A DNA stretch of 64,000 nucleotides from Oscillospiraceae bacterium (lineage in GTDB: Bacteria > Bacillota > Clostridia > Oscillospirales > CAG-272), in NCBI GenBank assembly GCA_015064285.1, contig SVSN01000004.1:23350-87349 (forward strand). Reading direction: 5' to 3'. The position numbers were made by a program, and so were the translations under genes. How positions within the stretch are numbered: position 1 is the first letter of the stretch; the number at the start of each line of letters is the position of its first letter. Below, in pieces: positions 61,399 to 64,000 of the stretch. The notes beneath the pieces are model-generated. The model had not been told where the DNA came from and ran no database searches. It was given only the letters and a program-made list of their open reading frames with translations.

Positions 61399-62835
61399 TT
61401 ACTGCAATTTGGTATAAATGTCAATATATTTTTTCGCCGAAACACTCCAGGAAAAGTCCACTTTCATGACATTTTTCAACAATTCAGCCCAGACATCCTT
61501 CTTTTCCATATACAGGGACACCGCATATTCTACGGTATTCTTCATGTCATGGGCATTATAGTTGGTGAAAGAGAATCCATTGCCGGAACCGTCGTATTCA
61601 TTATACGCGTGGATTGTATCATACAGACCGCCGGTTTCGCGCACGATCGGCACGGTACCATAACGGGATGCGATCATTTGTGCCAGACCGCAGGGCTCGC
61701 TCTTGGAAGGCATCAGGAACATATCCGCCCCGGCATAGAACTTTTTGGACAGGGACTTGTTGTATTCCAGTTTGATGCAGACTCTTCCGGGAAAACGGTC
61801 TTCCAGCTTGGTAAAGAAATCTTCCAGCTCAAATTCACCGGTACCCAGCAGGACAAAGCGCAGATTGGTTTCCGTCAGGATCTCTTCAATGACTCTGGTC
61901 ACCAGATCAAAGCCCTTGTGAGAAGCCAGACGGGACACCATTGCCAGAATCGGCGTATTCGGTGCATGGGGGAATCCGCATACATCTTCCAGTTCCGCTT
62001 TGCAGGCTGCTTTGCCGGACAGATCTTCCGCTGTGAAGTTTTCTGCAATTTCCGGATCTGCCTCAGCGCTGTAGTAATCCACATCGATCCCGTTCACGAT
62101 GCCGCAGAGTTTATCCTGGTTGGCACGGAGGATATGATGCAGGCCGCTGGCATAGTACTCGGTGAGGATTTCATCCGCATACCGGCCGCTGACGGTGCTG
62201 ACCATATCAGAACACACGATAGCACCCTTGAGCAGGTTGATGCAGCCGTTGTATTCCACCACGCTGCGGTCCCATTCCGCCAGTTCGAAGATATCGCCCA
62301 GAATGGAGAAATCGTAGATGCCCTGATAGTCAATGTTATGGATGGTGAACAGGGTTTTGATGTTCTGGTAGGCGCTCAGATGGGCGTACTTGCGCTTCAG
62401 GTAGATCACAGCCGGTGCAGTCTGCCAGTCGTTGGCATGGAGTACATCCGGGTAGAACTCCACGGCAGACATCAGTTCCAGAATGGCTTTACCGAAATAG
62501 GCAAACCGTTCAGCGTCGTCAAAACTGCCGTAGAGAGCAGAGCGGTTGAAATAGTATTCATTGTCGATGAAGTAGAATGTCACGCCGTTTGCCTGTGTCT
62601 GCCAGATACCGCAGTACTGGTTCCGCCAGGCCAGCTTCACATTCAATTCGCAGACCATTTCGATTTCTTCCGCAAATTTCCGGCGGATTGTCGGATACAG
62701 CGGAATCACCACACGTACATCTGCGCCTTCGCCCAGTTCCTTTTTTACAGCCTGCGGCAGAGAACCGACAACATCTGCCAACCCCCCGGTGGATGCATAC
62801 GGCAGCGCTTCCGAAGCGGCATATAAAATTTTCAT
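61399..62835 (-). CDS. glgA: Glycogen synthase
   Basis: STGGLADV, HANDWQ and EPCGLAQM motifs. Confidence 0.96.
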   Translation of the reverse strand: MKILYAASEALPYASTGGLADVVGSLPQAVKKELGEGADVRVVIPLYPTIRRKFAEEIEMVCELNVKLAWRNQYCGIWQTQANGVTFYFIDNEYYFNRSALYGSFDDAERFAYFGKAILELMSAVEFYPDVLHANDWQTAPAVIYLKRKYAHLSAYQNIKTLFTIHNIDYQGIYDFSILGDIFELAEWDRSVVEYNGCINLLKGAIVCSDMVSTVSGRYADEILTEYYASGLHHILRANQDKLCGIVNGIDVDYYSAEADPEIAENFTAEDLSGKAACKAELEDVCGFPHAPNTPILAMVSRLASHKGFDLVTRVIEEILTETNLRFVLLGTGEFELEDFFTKLEDRFPGRVCIKLEYNKSLSKKFYAGADMFLMPSKSEPCGLAQMIASRYGTVPIVRETGGLYDTIHAYNEYDGSGNGFSFTNYNAHDMKNTVEYAVSLYMEKKDVWAELLKNVMKVDFSWSVSAKKYIDIYTKLQ

Positions 62836-62903
62836 ACTGAATTTCCTTTCTTCCTTTCCATCTCCGGAAACACCGGAAACAGAATCAGCTTTGTCCTTTC
62901 CGC

Positions 62904-64000
62904 TCAGACCATCTTACCCTTGGTGATATAGAAAGGCTGTACTTCCGCACCGGCCAGCATCCGGTTGTCACGTACCACAGCGTTCTTGTCGGTAATCACA
63001 TGGTTCAGGAAGGCACCGTCGCCGATGATGGTGTCCTGCATGAGAATACTGTTCTTGACCGTTGCATTCCGGCCGATTTTCACACCACGGAACAGGATAC
63101 AGTTTTCCACAGTTCCCTGGATGTCACAGCCGTCAGCAATCATGGAATTCTGTACATTGGAATTCTGACCGTAATGGGAAGGCACGGAATTGCGGACCTT
63201 GGTATAAATCGGACGGTTCTTTACGTTGAACAGAGCGTTTCTTGCTGCAGGATTGGTCAGCAGATCCATGCTGTGGGTATAATATTCCGCAAAAGAAGTG
63301 ATGGTAGCAAAATAGCCGTCGTACTTGTAGATGCGGTAGTTGGCATGCTTCATGTTTCTTGCCATAACATCTCTGGTCATACTTACGTAGTTATGGGCAA
63401 CAGCGTCCAGAACCACCTGCTGTAAGTATTCCGTCTTCATAACAACGATATTCAGCGCCACATCCGCCTTGCCGGAGAAGTTGGTGGGATAGGACAGGAT
63501 ATCGGTAATCCTGCCTTCGGGATCGGATTCGTACAGTACATTGATTCTGGCCTGTTCAGGAGTCAGATCCATGGTCTTTACAGCTACAGTGATATCCGCG
63601 TCGGTCTTGATATGATAATCAATGATATCGTTCAGATCCACGTTGCAGATTACATCACAGTCGGAGAGCACTACATAATCATCCGTGATCTTCTGGATGG
63701 AATAGCTCACGCCCTTCAGCGCTTCCAGTCTGGTCTGGAACTGGGCATTGGTGTTGCTGGCATAGGCAGTAATATAAGGCGGCAGCAGTTTGATACCGCC
63801 GGAACGGCGTGCCAGATCCCAGTCTTTACCGGAACCGATGTGATCCATCAGAGACTGATAGTTCAGGTGGGTAATCAGGTTGATATTATAAATATTGGAG
63901 TTCACCATGTTGGACAGGGTGAAGTCAATGAAACGGTACCGGCAGGCATAGGGCACGGATGCCATGGTGCGCAGCCGGGTCAGTTCAGGAATATTATGAT
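62904..64000 (-). CDS. glgD: ADP-glucose pyrophosphorylase subunit GlgD (5-prime end outside the window)
   Basis: ASVPYACRYRFIDFTLSN, GSGKDWDLAR and RPIYTKV motifs; left-handed beta-helix C-terminus; frame open to the window edge. Confidence 0.92.
   Translation of the reverse strand, partial: HNIPELTRLRTMASVPYACRYRFIDFTLSNMVNSNIYNINLITHLNYQSLMDHIGSGKDWDLARRSGGIKLLPPYITAYASNTNAQFQTRLEALKGVSYSIQKITDDYVVLSDCDVICNVDLNDIIDYHIKTDADITVAVKTMDLTPEQARINVLYESDPEGRITDILSYPTNFSGKADVALNIVVMKTEYLQQVVLDAVAHNYVSMTRDVMARNMKHANYRIYKYDGYFATITSFAEYYTHSMDLLTNPAARNALFNVKNRPIYTKVRNSVPSHYGQNSNVQNSMIADGCDIQGTVENCILFRGVKIGRNATVKNSILMQDTIIGDGAFLNHVITDKNAVVRDNRMLAGAEVQPFYITKGKMV

Noticed and set aside
58540-62826. 1428-aa plus-strand ORF spanning the GH13 gene, glgP and glgA
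   Set aside because: Antisense shadow of well-conserved genes that happen to be in compatible frames; no domain signal
1-64000. CRISPR arrays, tRNA/rRNA genes, intact transposases or integrases, defence systems
   Set aside because: No regularly spaced repeats, RNA gene signatures or relevant protein motifs seen; nearly all of the sequence is explained by the listed genes

Overview
64 kb of chromosome from a moderately GC-rich Firmicute, most likely a gut or rumen Clostridia member (inferred from T-box leaders, CIRCE/hrcA, ireB, ymdB, glgD and sigma-A promoters). I saw no rRNA, tRNA, CRISPR array, transposase or prophage. Core genes include dacA-like, ribF, ireB, glyA, minD-mgsA-ymdB, hrcA-grpE-dnaK-dnaJ-prmA, rsmE, tex, msmX and glgD-glgA-glgP with a GH13. 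These are interleaved with glycan-use genes: GH127, a GHL6/GH151-like hydrolase, a sulfatase, two Gfo/Idh/MocA enzymes, xylB, GH116, GH2 and orphan solute-binding lipoproteins. Best leads: (1) a probable Leu T-box controls a stand-alone fusion of a sugar-epimerase-type TIM barrel with an acyl-CoA ligase; (2) tandem variant TPP riboswitches control a thiSFGHED operon that lacks thiC and is flanked by gene debris; (3) a Trp T-box controls an orphan trpB; (4) MgsA and DacA homologues have degenerate catalytic motifs; (5) several small pseudogene scars and candidate regulator sites. All product calls come from motif recognition by eye; no database search was run.
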